From Bugula neritina (lineage: Eukaryota > Animalia > Bryozoa): 64,000 nucleotides of DNA. The stretch is taken from NCBI GenBank assembly GCA_964035545.1, contig OZ037769.1:16336633-16400632 (forward strand), read 5' to 3'. The translations under genes were made by a program, and so were the position numbers. Within the stretch, counting starts at the first letter, position 1. Each line of letters begins with the position of its first letter. The notes beneath the pieces are model-generated. The model made no database searches. It had not been told where the DNA came from and saw only the letters and a program-made list of their open reading frames with translations. Shown piece after piece: positions 37,058-48,045 of this stretch.

Positions 37058-39421
37058 CTACGTACGTCTACTCAAAGCTGTATTAATGTGGTGAAAGAGC
37101 GAGCAGCGTGGTTGTGAAACGTGACTATGACTTATTACCTCCGGCGTATGAATCTTATTTGAATTTCCGCCGAGGCAAAAGTTGATATTTTCGTGGTGCT
37201 CACAACTCCCACGCTCTGCTCCCTTCCCCTCACGGCGTCTCGTAGGACGTTTGACCGCGCCCTTAACGGAACGTGGTAAGTCCTTGCGATACGCGGGGCC
37301 TGGCTTGGGACACCGTTTCCAAGGTGTCGTCACTAACCAAGGCGGTTTACGCACCCGTGGACGGTCACGTCGCTTGGGTGGTGCCTTCAGCCAGTTTGTG
37401 ACAAATGGAGCTTTCCTAGCATCTCCGTTCGGAGCCTGGGGAAGTGTTATCTCCAGCCATGGTGGTTTACGCACCCGTGGACGGTCACGTCTCACAGGTG
37501 GTGCTTCCAGCCAATTTGTGACAAATGGAGCTTTCCCAGTACCTCCGCACGGAGCCCCTCCCTTGGGGGGTTTTTGCACTTCCAGGTCGGTTCCTGACCT
37601 AGAAAGTGGCGGTGGCGGCTTGCACGCTAACGGCGGTGAGCGCACTTCCCTGAACGGGTGTGGCTTTTCCTGCCTCGCCACTGCTTTGGGTTGCATACTA
37701 GGCGGTTTGTCGACCAGGTTAGCAGTCTCCGTCTGCCCGGGTCTTTCTGCACTTTGCCTTCGCCGCCCTACTTCCTCAGTAGGGGGGCCGTGCTCACTGA
37801 CCCGGCAGACTCCGCACTGCCCAACGCTGTGTCGTACATCACGCTCCATGTGAGGCCAATACCACCAGAGTTGTAGTTCGGTGAACACCTGTTGGGCTCC
37901 CCCATGAGCCTGTTGGTGTACCTCTTCTATCAACTCTTGGCGGATGGCGGCAGGACAGAGGGTCCTCTCCTGGTCTGGCTGGTGGTGGTTATCGGCCAAG
38001 GATATGGTCAGTAGACCATCCGGCCCGATCCGCAGTGCGTTCCAACGTCGGCAGTACAGCTGCCACTCAGGGCAGCCCTGCTTCCGTTGTCTGTCACTGG
38101 GTCGTCGCCCTTCCCGTTTCATTCGATAGACGTCGGCTACCACCCCCGGAATAATTTCCTGGAGGTGTCCTAGCTCCTTGACGCCATCGGTTGAGACAGG
38201 TTCGGCGTGGGGGTCCTGTGCCACTGCTGGGGGCATGTCAGGATCCCCAAGGTGAGGTGTAGCTTCGGTTTTGTGTAGTGACGTGGCCGTCTCTGGGCGC
38301 TGTTCGTCATCCACGCAACCGTCTGATGTTGTCCCACGGGTCTCCTGGCTGTGGGGTGAGGCAGTCCTTCGCCCGAAGGGCGGCTTCTCTAGAGGACTTT
38401 TCATCGCGGTTTCCCGCGATGGCCTGCTGTCGTCTTCTTGAACAGAAGGAGTACAGCTTAGTGGAGAGGTGGGTGGTAGGCTCACTGGTTCAGAGGGGGA
38501 GTGGAGGCATGGCACCGAGGTCTTTCCTTTCCGTGTCAGCTGGTTAGAGCTGCGGACAGGTGGGACTTTCGGGTGCGCGCTCTCTACAGCTCCCGGCCTG
38601 GAGGTACGGCCACCGTCTACCTTGCGGTGGACGGTGCCCCGGGAGTGGCCAGGCATAGTACAAGTACGTACTACCGGCTCTTCTCCCGTTAGGGGATGGC
38701 CAAACTTATCGACACAGGCGAGCTCCCTGCCGCCCATAATCATCGCAGATTTACCAAAATCAATGCGGCATCCGTGTCGTTGTAAGAATGGCATCCCAAG
38801 GATGGCGTCCTCCTGGAGTTGTCCTACAATGAACCTTTTCTGGATGGTCTGGTTACAGACGCTCCCAGGGAGTTCAATGATACCGTAGAAGGGGATGCAC
38901 GACCCGTCTGCCAGGGTGCCATGATCGCCTTCATACGGTTCCAACCTGCTTCTGATCTGAGCGCTGAGTGTGTCGAAGAATCGACGACCCAGAAGGTTGG
39001 TGGTGCAGCCCGTGTCCAGCAGATACCTGGCAGGTTTGCCGGCTATCTGTCCTGGCAGGAACAGGCTGCTCTCGTGGGGATGTAGTGGTATCTTGGGTGA
39101 CCTCATCTCCCTCGCCTTGGCGGAGGGGTTAGGTTCTTGACGACGATTCGGGACCAGCTGTCGAGGGGTTGGTGCCGCGCCTTGCTGCGTTTGGGCACCT
39201 TTCCTCGCAAACTCTGCGGTCCGTCGTTTGTCAAACCTGTTGCGGGGTAGCATTGAGAACACCGGCGGCGAGCGGCTTGTACAGCTTGCTTGCCGTCCTG
39301 GTGGCCGTTCCGCGAGGTCCCGGCCGGGTGTCCGGCGTGGCGGACGCCACTGTGTCCTCCCTTGGGGTTTTAACGGCGGCCCGCCGGATGTGGGAGCATC
39401 CGCGGGCCGTCGTAGTTTAAC
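37058..39421 (-). CDS. pol: Internally deleted Pol of element 2 (protease, integrase zinc-finger remnant, tail), -1 frame relative to gag
   Basis: YLLDTGCTTNLL protease; HQQAH..CGVC; no YxDD, RNase H or DDE region; the frame stays open for about 790 codons. Confidence 0.85.
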   Translation of the reverse strand, partial: VKLRRPADAPTSGGPPLKPQGRTQWRPPRRTPGRDLAERPPGRQASCTSRSPPVFSMLPRNRFDKRRTAEFARKGAQTQQGAAPTPRQLVPNRRQEPNPSAKAREMRSPKIPLHPHESSLFLPGQIAGKPARYLLDTGCTTNLLGRRFFDTLSAQIRSRLEPYEGDHGTLADGSCIPFYGIIELPGSVCNQTIQKRFIVGQLQEDAILGMPFLQRHGCRIDFGKSAMIMGGRELACVDKFGHPLTGEEPVVRTCTMPGHSRGTVHRKVDGGRTSRPGAVESAHPKVPPVRSSNQLTRKGKTSVPCLHSPSEPVSLPPTSPLSCTPSVQEDDSRPSRETAMKSPLEKPPFGRRTASPHSQETRGTTSDGCVDDEQRPETATSLHKTEATPHLGDPDMPPAVAQDPHAEPVSTDGVKELGHLQEIIPGVVADVYRMKREGRRPSDRQRKQGCPEWQLYCRRWNALRIGPDGLLTISLADNHHQPDQERTLCPAAIRQELIEEVHQQAHGGAQQVFTELQLWWYWPHMERDVRHSVGQCGVCRVSEHGPPTEEVGRRRQSAERPGQTETANLVDKPPSMQPKAVARQEKPHPFREVRSPPLACKPPPPLSRSGTDLEVQKPPKGGAPCGGTGKAPFVTNWLEAPPVRRDRPRVRKPPWLEITLPQAPNGDARKAPFVTNWLKAPPKRRDRPRVRKPPWLVTTPWKRCPKPGPAYRKDLPRSVKGAVKRPTRRREGKGAERGSCEHHENINFCLGGNSNKIHTPEVISHSHVSQPRCSLFHHINTALSRRT

Positions 39422-40302
39422 CCTGGTTGAAGTCGGGGACAATGCTTCTGGAAGTGTCCTGGTCTTCCGCACCCCCAGCAGGATGGTTGTCCTCTACTAG
39501 GCGACTGCACCGGTGGCCCGTCAAGCTCACTGGTGATGCCTAGCTGGCTTTCCAGGGCGGAGACTAGTTCGGCTAGCATGTCGGTCATTCGTGCGACCTG
39601 TGATGCCACCGTCATCTGCGTCACCTTGCCCACCGCTGGAGTTTCCGCATGAGAAGCGGTAGGAGCAGCGGAGGGCTCCATGTCAACCTGGCGAGAAATC
39701 ACACGGCTCCGGTGCAGCTGGCTGGCCAGGAGGTAAGCCTCCCCTTCCGCCAGCGCACCTTCGACCGTGGTGACTCCCCTCGCCAAGAGTTGGTGATGGA
39801 GTCCCAAGTCGTTGATGGACTGCACGAAGGCATCATAGGTATACCTCTCACGGTTTACTGGCGGCAGATCGCGGAATGCAATCTGCGCCAGTCTCATAAC
39901 CGTGGTAGCGTGCTCTTGTAGCGGCGTGTGAGGATCACGCCGTAGTCTTTGCAGACGGGCCCGCGCATCTACAGCGGAGATACCAAAACGGGCCCGCAGG
40001 GAAGCAAAGATGCCGTCAATGTCGGATCCCACTCCGTACGGCTTGGCTTTGTCTGACAGCGCCATCTTGAGCTTGAGCAATGCTATTCTAGGCGGCCATT
40101 GTGCAACTTCCATTACATCTTGGAATTCCTGAACGAATTGCTCCACCGGCTCCTCACCTGAGAAGGTGGGTACCTTCAGCCGGTACTTCTCTTCGTAACA
40201 TTCCCTATGCACTCGCACTTCTGGTTCTATAGGTATAGCAATGTTATCTTCCTCACCTTCATTCCTCCGAATGGGTAGCTCTGTGCCTCTGTCTGTTGCC
40301 AT
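39370..40302 (-). CDS. gag: Gag of element 2 with CCHC zinc knuckle
   Basis: ATG at 40302 just after the PBS; KVPTFSGEEPVEQF capsid-like region; CWGCGRPGHFQKHC knuckle. Confidence 0.9.
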   Translation of the reverse strand: MATDRGTELPIRRNEGEEDNIAIPIEPEVRVHRECYEEKYRLKVPTFSGEEPVEQFVQEFQDVMEVAQWPPRIALLKLKMALSDKAKPYGVGSDIDGIFASLRARFGISAVDARARLQRLRRDPHTPLQEHATTVMRLAQIAFRDLPPVNRERYTYDAFVQSINDLGLHHQLLARGVTTVEGALAEGEAYLLASQLHRSRVISRQVDMEPSAAPTASHAETPAVGKVTQMTVASQVARMTDMLAELVSALESQLGITSELDGPPVQSPSRGQPSCWGCGRPGHFQKHCPRLQPGLNYDGPRMLPHPAGRR

Positions 40303-42514
40303 TTTGAAATACGCGAAATCCCACCGCTGCCACCACTGTTGTGAGCTTTGGCACACAATTATCAAGCGTGGATTGCCGGCGTATTTAGTTTCAATTTAAC
40401 TAGCAACTACTAACAGAGGTTGCGTACGATAACCTTTATTTAATTCGATAAACATAATTATAACAGTATGTCAAAACCACAATACATCAATCAATTACAA
40501 CACGTCTTACTACTACGAGCCGGCTCTCAACAACATGGTTTCTGCTAGCTAACCCGCGAACAGTCACTTGACCGGAACCTTGCCTTCCGGTCCTTCTGAT
40601 TGGATAGTAGAACATAGTTACAAGTATTCCCATACAGGAGGAGACAAATGCATTATTATGCTACGTAATCCCATTACAATACTCAGTTGTAATTAACTAT
40701 CTAATTCTATACTGACTCAGTGTGATTAATATAGTTGGTGTTACCTCACAATACTTAGGTTGTCTTCTCCTTGTTTCATTATTGTCTATCTCTTGTTGAA
40801 TGTGTAAATACTCAAGGATTTCTAATAAAGAGACAATATTGATGGTTTATTCTGGTGTCTAACACTAAAAATTAAAGAATTATGTAACACAGCCTCTGGT
40901 ACTACCTAAAATGTTGGGGTGGGGAAACACTACTCTATAGCTGAACTGTAGCAGTGAGGAACACAACACTAAATTATAGAAAAGTTTCAATAACATCACC
41001 TCATGTCTGTTATTCAAGAGTTATACTTAGATTTCCAGCTACTCTGTTTACATCTGAAATAATGAATTATTATTATTATACATACAGTAATATTCTATTC
41101 TTCCACATATAACGGCCTATTTATAATATTTGTTATCATTTTCCACCCCTTTTCAACTTATAATTGATAAGATTACACTATTCCTATATACACTACATGC
41201 AGATGTTATTAGTAAGACTAGTAGTTGTATACAGCTTAGTAATAATATTCTAATCTATTAAATATTCTACATCTTGCCATGTGCTCTATATTTCTACACA
41301 TAATATAATATTGCTGTATATATAATGTTGTTGGATGATACAATTAGCTAAGATGAAAAATTCTTATGTGCATTTTGTCAGTGTATGTGTGAACTGCACA
41401 TGCTCCATGGAGAAATAGAAATACTGAGTATAACATACTGAAAACCACTCTGCTGTACAGTTATAATGTTGCTGTTAATTTGGTTATTGATAGGCAGATT
41501 TGAGGACACATAAATATATTATGATATATCCTTATTCTTAGCATATTACTGTTTATGTCTGTGAGTATTCCAATGTTTTGTAATTGTTATTGTAATTGTC
41601 TGTGGATAAACATATATATTGAGATAAGGAAGTTTGGATTAGTTTGGAGTGTTAGGTAATCTTTAATCGGTCTCAAACCATAAGCCAGAGAATGTACTAC
41701 AAACACACAATAAAGTAATATTAGCATAAGTAAGGTTTAGACACAAAAGATTGTATAACCGAGTACATGTAATTACTATAACGTATGATACAGAGTATAA
41801 ACATAATACAAATTAATATAATAACATTGTAACAATAGACTGATGGTGGGGAGGCCCAAACATGTGTCGAACAAAAATTTAAATAAAATTTATAAAATAA
41901 ATTTTGTAATTTATAATTGATAACTGAATTGAATAACTGAATTAAATAATTAAATCGGATTAAATTGAACTTCTGGTTTAGTCAGATTGGTCAGTTAAAA
42001 TGAAGCGAAGTTACTTATTAGCTTTTAGTTTCAAAATTTCTATATAATTTGCAGTTAATTAATTAAAAATAAGAGTTATCTTTGCTCGACAAATATTATG
42101 GTTTGGAAATCATGTAGTAATGTGTATATGCGGTTCTATGTATATTGTGTAATGGTTAGCACTCAGGCTAATATTCTGTGAGACAAATTTGGGATTTGCT
42201 CCCCCAGAAGAATTGAAATTATAATATATGTGCGTGTTGTATAATATATATATATATATATATCTATTTAATGATAATGACAAAGCAAGCAAATCACAAT
42301 AGCAAAAATATTACAAGAATGAACCAAAACAAAGATTGTCCTAGCGACCCTTTGAAATCCTGCTGTGTTATACTAGCAACAGAAATAGCTAAGTTTGACA
42401 ATTGGGATAGAAAGGCTTATACGAAATTGAATACACAATGAGAATTGTAATTAGAACATCAATATTAAAATATATGTTTTAACATAAACTCATACAGCCT
42501 TGAAATAAATTCTT

Positions 42515-43060
42515 CAATATAAATTAGTGCAGCTTTAGAATTCAAATGTTTCTCAATCCAAATAATTTTCAAATATAAATTTGTGCAGCTTAAAATTCAA
42601 ATATTTTCCCAATATAAATTTGTGCAGCTTTAGAATTCAAATATTTCTCCAATGTAAATTTGTGCAGCTTTAAAATTCAAATATTTCTTCAATGTAAATT
42701 TGTGTAGACTAGAAACAAATTTCTCAATTCAAATATAAATTTATGCAGCTTTTAAAAATTCAAATACTTTCTCAATCCAAATATTTCTCAAATATAGATT
42801 TGTGTAGACTAGAGACAAATTTCTCAATTCAAATATTTCTCAAATATAAATTTGTGCAGCCTTAAAATAAAATTTCCAATATAAATTTGTGCAGCTTTGA
42901 CATAAATTTTCTCAATTCAAATGTTTCTCAAATAAATTTGTGCTGCTTCAGAATCAATAAATCAAATCAACAGATTTCTTAAAATAAATTTGTGCTGCTT
43001 CAGAATCAATAAATCAAATCAACATATTTCCTTAAAATAAATTTGTGCTGCTTCAAAATT
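42515..43060. repeat. Degenerate ~40-55 bp tandem repeat (AATATAAATTTGTGCAGCTTTAAAATTCAAATATTTC) inside the insertion
   Basis: Recurrent ataaatttgtgcagct / gtgctgct cores. Confidence 0.85.
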
Positions 43061-44375
43061 AAAAGAACATTGATAAACTTGTTAGTTCAAATAGCGTAGT
43101 ACAAGAAGTTAATACATAAACATACCCATAAAAAATTGTAATATTACTTACTGCAATCAATATGTGTATTGTCAGTCTCTTGAAATTTCCCTTAGCGTTA
43201 GCAATTACTACTATTACTGTTACTACTAATCTATATATATTTTGTATTCCGATTATCTTTGTTGTGGTTCCTCGCTTCTATCTTCTTCATGAACCAATAT
43301 ATTTTAATATACCAATTAATTAATTACTACTGATTTTCCAGAGACCCGGCGGCTCCTTTTATATCGGATCTTCCTGGCGGTGGTTCAGATTTCGAGGATA
43401 CCGGCAACAACCGGTGAAAACTGGCCGACGAAAACTGGCGGCAGAAATTGACGCGGAACTCGGTCAGGTATGTTGTCGGCTTACAGCCAAGACAGGGATT
43501 GACGTAAGAGGATCTGTTGTTGTTGGCTCATCTTTGTATTTTGTAGGCTATATCATTGTTAATTGTACCTCAGTCTATAATTTAAAGAATAATTTTTTGA
43601 CTATAATATGATAAAATATATCAGCTAATGGTCACGTGTTGATCTCTGTAATAGGCTATATTAATGTTAAATAATTTATTAAGCATCTAAATTGTTGTAT
43701 ATCATCTATATGTTGGCATGAATAAATATTCACACATATACATGTATATATCTCTATTTGTAAACAGCATCTGTTATATGTTTCAGCTTTTTATCCATTT
43801 CCATTTGTTCATCAATTAGTGTTTTATTTCAAAAGTCAGTATCACAAATTTCAACACGTGATCATGGCATGTAGTACTGCAATTACTTATCCAAAAGCCA
43901 CATACTACTAAATAATACTATTTGCACTATCTAAAAGAAGCTATAAAACCATGTGTCATATATATATTAATTATTGCATCAAGCAATTTCTATGCAAGAC
44001 CAAATATTTAACTTACTCAAAACTTGTACATTTGAACTTTTAACTTCACTCAATTACTGGGCTTCATGTATCATATAACTTTTGAATGCACTTTATATTC
44101 TTTCTTGAATGTTGTAGATAAACTGTAATCTACATACCGTGGTGGAGCAGATATAATAATTTATAATTGCATCAACCTGCTGCAGCAGCCATCCCACTGG
44201 AAGTCTCAAGCAAACGTCAGCATCGCCGAAGCCATATTTTAATAAGCTGGCAGAACGTCTCAGATACACAACTTGTGAAGTACAGAAGTAAGAATTAACA
44301 TAAAAGAACAGTATATGTATAATCATGCATTCTATCGAGAATATAGTTTTTTTAAGAATTTTCTGAGAACAATGG

Positions 44376-44485
<110 letters not shown>

Positions 44486-45184
44486 ATACTTTAGTTTAAT
44501 CACTTATGACATAATTTATAGAAATTCTGCTTCTAACATTATTGTAAAATATTCCCCGCAGTCCTTGCAAACTTCGTAGAAATGAGGCTATCTAACATTT
44601 CTATTTTGTTTACATTAGCAGATAGTTTCAGTCTTGATGTCGGTCTTCATGAGGATGCAACTGTTTTGATACTTCTATTCCCATCAATAAAATAAGCATT
44701 TTCTACGTAAAAAGAAACTATGTCTGTTTACCTGGTAGATTATTTTACAAGGCCATGATGGAGTTTTGACTTTGCAAGTTATTTTGCAAGGCCGTAATGG
44801 AGTTTTGAATTTCCTCTCTACTACTTTTACTAAAACTCGTAAGCTATACTCATACATTTAAACCATTAGTTCCAATCATAACCACTATTAGCATATCATT
44901 CTGTAAAAACATCAAGTTGCTGTGCAGTATCTACTCTGCAAAATATAAAGTACTGTGTAGTCTCTGATCTGACACATGTAAGCGTGTTGGGTTATAACAG
45001 TTATACGTTGAATCGCTACGGAGTATTAGTACTAAGTATTTAGTTGATAGCCTGAGGCCTAAGTCAATTGTCAGACGCCATTATCAACAATTACTAATTG
45101 TCAAAACTCTGGTATAAAATCACAATAATAAGCTAGCATTGGAAATTAGAGAATAAGTATATCATTGGAAGCTATAGCTAGATT

Positions 45185-46944
45185 CAGGGATGTAGTGGTA
45201 CCCATACGGTCCCATACGCCGTATGGCCTAGAAGAAAATAGGCTGTTCTTGGCCATACGCCCGTATGGGCATATTTTTGAAAGATGATTAGTGCATAGGA
45301 TAGTTAGGGCATCCTCACTGAGAATATTATCATAAATTTCGCTCACAATCTAGTTTAGGTTCTTGTTATGTTAATGCTATGTGGGTGGCATGCGTGTTGC
45401 CTACTTGTGTTTGTTTAGCCTGAGATTACACTATGAATAATAAGCAGCTATCAACATTCCATCTTCTCATCTCTCCATGTTCATTGAAGCGCGAAGTGCT
45501 GTGCATTGGTGATTACTAAGGAAAAATTTTTCATTTTCAGTGTATAAATCACTAATTTGTAGAAAATCTATGAAGGCTATTGAAAAGATAAAAAAGTGCT
45601 ATGCATAAATTTCTCAGGTTTCCGACAGTGTTTGTTCTATTCGAATACCATGCTTTCCCGCTGAGATATTTGGCAGGGATTGAAAAATAAACTTTTCAAG
45701 TAAAATTGGCTAAAAATGAGTAGATTTTTGTCTATAACTTTGCAATAAAAAAATTGAAAACTCGAAAATGCAGGTGCTCTGAGGAAGATCTAAAACATAG
45801 TTTTTAAATTTTAATTCTAGCACAATTAAGTATACGGTTTTATTTGGCAGGACTGAATTCTTATAATATACTAATAATGTGGCCTCAGCAAGGCAGTGAC
45901 AGCTAGAAAGTTGCCCTTAGCTATCTTGTGTGGACTTGCATTTTGTCAATAAGCAATGAAATTTGGAAAAAAAACCAACATGAAATCCAGAAATAAAATC
46001 AAAATGTCTTCAGGAAACAGTACCAGGTGTGTAGGAGAGGTTAATGAAATTTTATCACTGAGGTCTACAGGTACTATATCCACATTTTGGTCAAAAACCT
46101 AGCAGCGTTATTGCATGTTCATGTTAATGATTTTTTTTGCAAACTGTACACCGCCATAAGTAACCTTTTATGTTTGGTTGTACTAACGTCTGGCTTTACA
46201 TTTAATCATCTTCTAGAATCTAGGCTAACACATATTAAACCTGTCAAATTTGTTCTTTTGGGGTATATTTCTTTGATGTGTCTAGTGGAAGCTCAGGGGT
46301 TTTACTTTAAAACCAAGTTAACATACTCTTCTTTGGTGTGTTTTATTGTGTGCAAGGAGGTGTGGTGGTATCTCCTTATGGATTAGACTAGTGTTCTAAT
46401 AAACTCCAAATAGGTTTTCTACCAATTTCTGCTTGCCAATGAGATATCAGTTCAAATTGCTTTTTCTGATTTGCAATCTTCCTCTGTTCTGATATATAAT
46501 TCTTTTTCTGTCCACGTCAGTGTATTAAATATTTGAAGTAATCAGGTTGCATTTGGAGAGCACTTGTTACCTGCCTCTATCCTTCCATCTTTTTGAGATC
46601 TTCAGCAATATTTCTGTACAGGTTGGACTTAGTGTCAGTTGAGTAAGACTACATTTAAAATTACAGTCAACAGGTATGGCACAATACTGAATATTTATAT
46701 AGTTTGCAGCAATGCACAGACGTCGTGTAGCTGATATGGCATGAAAATAATAGCAAGGTGCACATTTCAACACAGATTTTTTGCAGAAGAATTATAATTC
46801 ACAATGGCTTTGAATTGCATAAATTTGCATCAGAAGGGCTTCGGCGGCCGGGGCGCTGCCCCGGACCCCGCCGGGGGCCTAGGCGGCCCCCTGAACCCCC
46901 GGCCTGGGAGTATGGCCATGAATATTTTTGCCACTACATCCCTG
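45185..46944 (+). mobile_element. Non-autonomous hAT-like DNA transposon, copy 2 (clean insertion)
   Basis: Perfect 14-bp TIR CAGGGATGTAGTGG; 8-bp TSD GCTAGATT at 45177-84 and 46945-52; empty paralogous site at 23005-23012. An 8-bp TSD with CAGGG ends is typical of hAT. No intact transposase ORF. Confidence 0.93.
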
Positions 46945-48045
46945 GCTAGATTGCCTTTAGCAGCATAACATTTTATTGCATTCAAAACAAAGTATATTTG
47001 TAAAGCTCTGTTCAACTCACATACAGTTATCATTGTTTGAGGCCGTCCATTATTCCGGAATATAATGATATTATTATGATTGTTAGTTACGGCGTTGCAT
47101 GCATTTTAGCTTATTGCTAACGAGTTCAATGCATTCGGTTTGCCGGCGAGGGGAATCCCCCTTTCAATAATATTATGTTCCTGCGCACCCTTGTAAGTAG
47201 TTAGGTGTACTGCGCATTCCCGTTTACATTAGCTCTGTTTACTTTTAGATTTATAGTATTAGTATTACTATTATTATATTAATATTATCTTTACTGTATA
47301 GACTTAGTTTTTTATTATTACAAAACTTAGTATATTCCTATCACCAGTAACATTTTACCATTGTATGACTGAATGGGTATGTAATACTAATAGTAATAAT
47401 AAATCGCTTTGAGTTTGTTTGTTAAACTTAAAGTGAAACTGAAAATGAATCATTGAATGTCAAACGCAATGCAAAATTAGTAATTAGCTACTATTAGTAT
47501 AAATATTAATATCAACTGTATCAGTATGGATATCAGCATGAATTTGAGTATCTAATTCTATGACTCTCAAAGTACCACTATTACTATTAGTATTAATAGA
47601 TCACGCAGTGATAATCTTCTTTTGTCAATGAGCTCTAATCGTTTATGCGTTTTGTAGTATTGTAATGGGACACGCAATCTAATAATATGGGTTGTTTCCC
47701 CTAATCACTATGTGGAATACTTATCGCAATCATACGTCGTCCAATGAGGAGAACCGGAAGGCTAGCTTCCTGTAATGTGACTTGTTCCCGGGTTTATTAA
47801 CATTTACCTAGTTAGTCGTGTGCGTACTCTTGTGCTGTAAACATGTATTAGTAGTTGACTGATGTTAGCACGTATTATTGTAATGTTTGTCTCATTGTTC
47901 ATTGTACTAAATATAAGTAATTACTCGCCAGCTACCCTAGTAATTGCTAGTACTTGCCAATACTGAATACCTCGGGAAATCCACACGCTAACTCTTGTGT
48001 AACCCACAACAGTGGTGGCAGCGGTGGGATTGTGCTTATATCAGA

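Larger units (their letters stand above)
35388..40678 (-). mobile_element. Ty3/Gypsy LTR element 2, non-autonomous (gag, PR, no RT/RH/IN core, extra zinc-finger ORF)
   Basis: LTRs 40337-40678 and 35388-35731 (one substitution and a 2-nt indel seen); TSD ATAC (GTAT in element orientation) at 35384-87 and 40679-82; tRNA-Leu PBS at ~40318-40335; PPT at 35732-42; empty sites ctgagtattagttc at 11651 and 61371. Confidence 0.96.
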
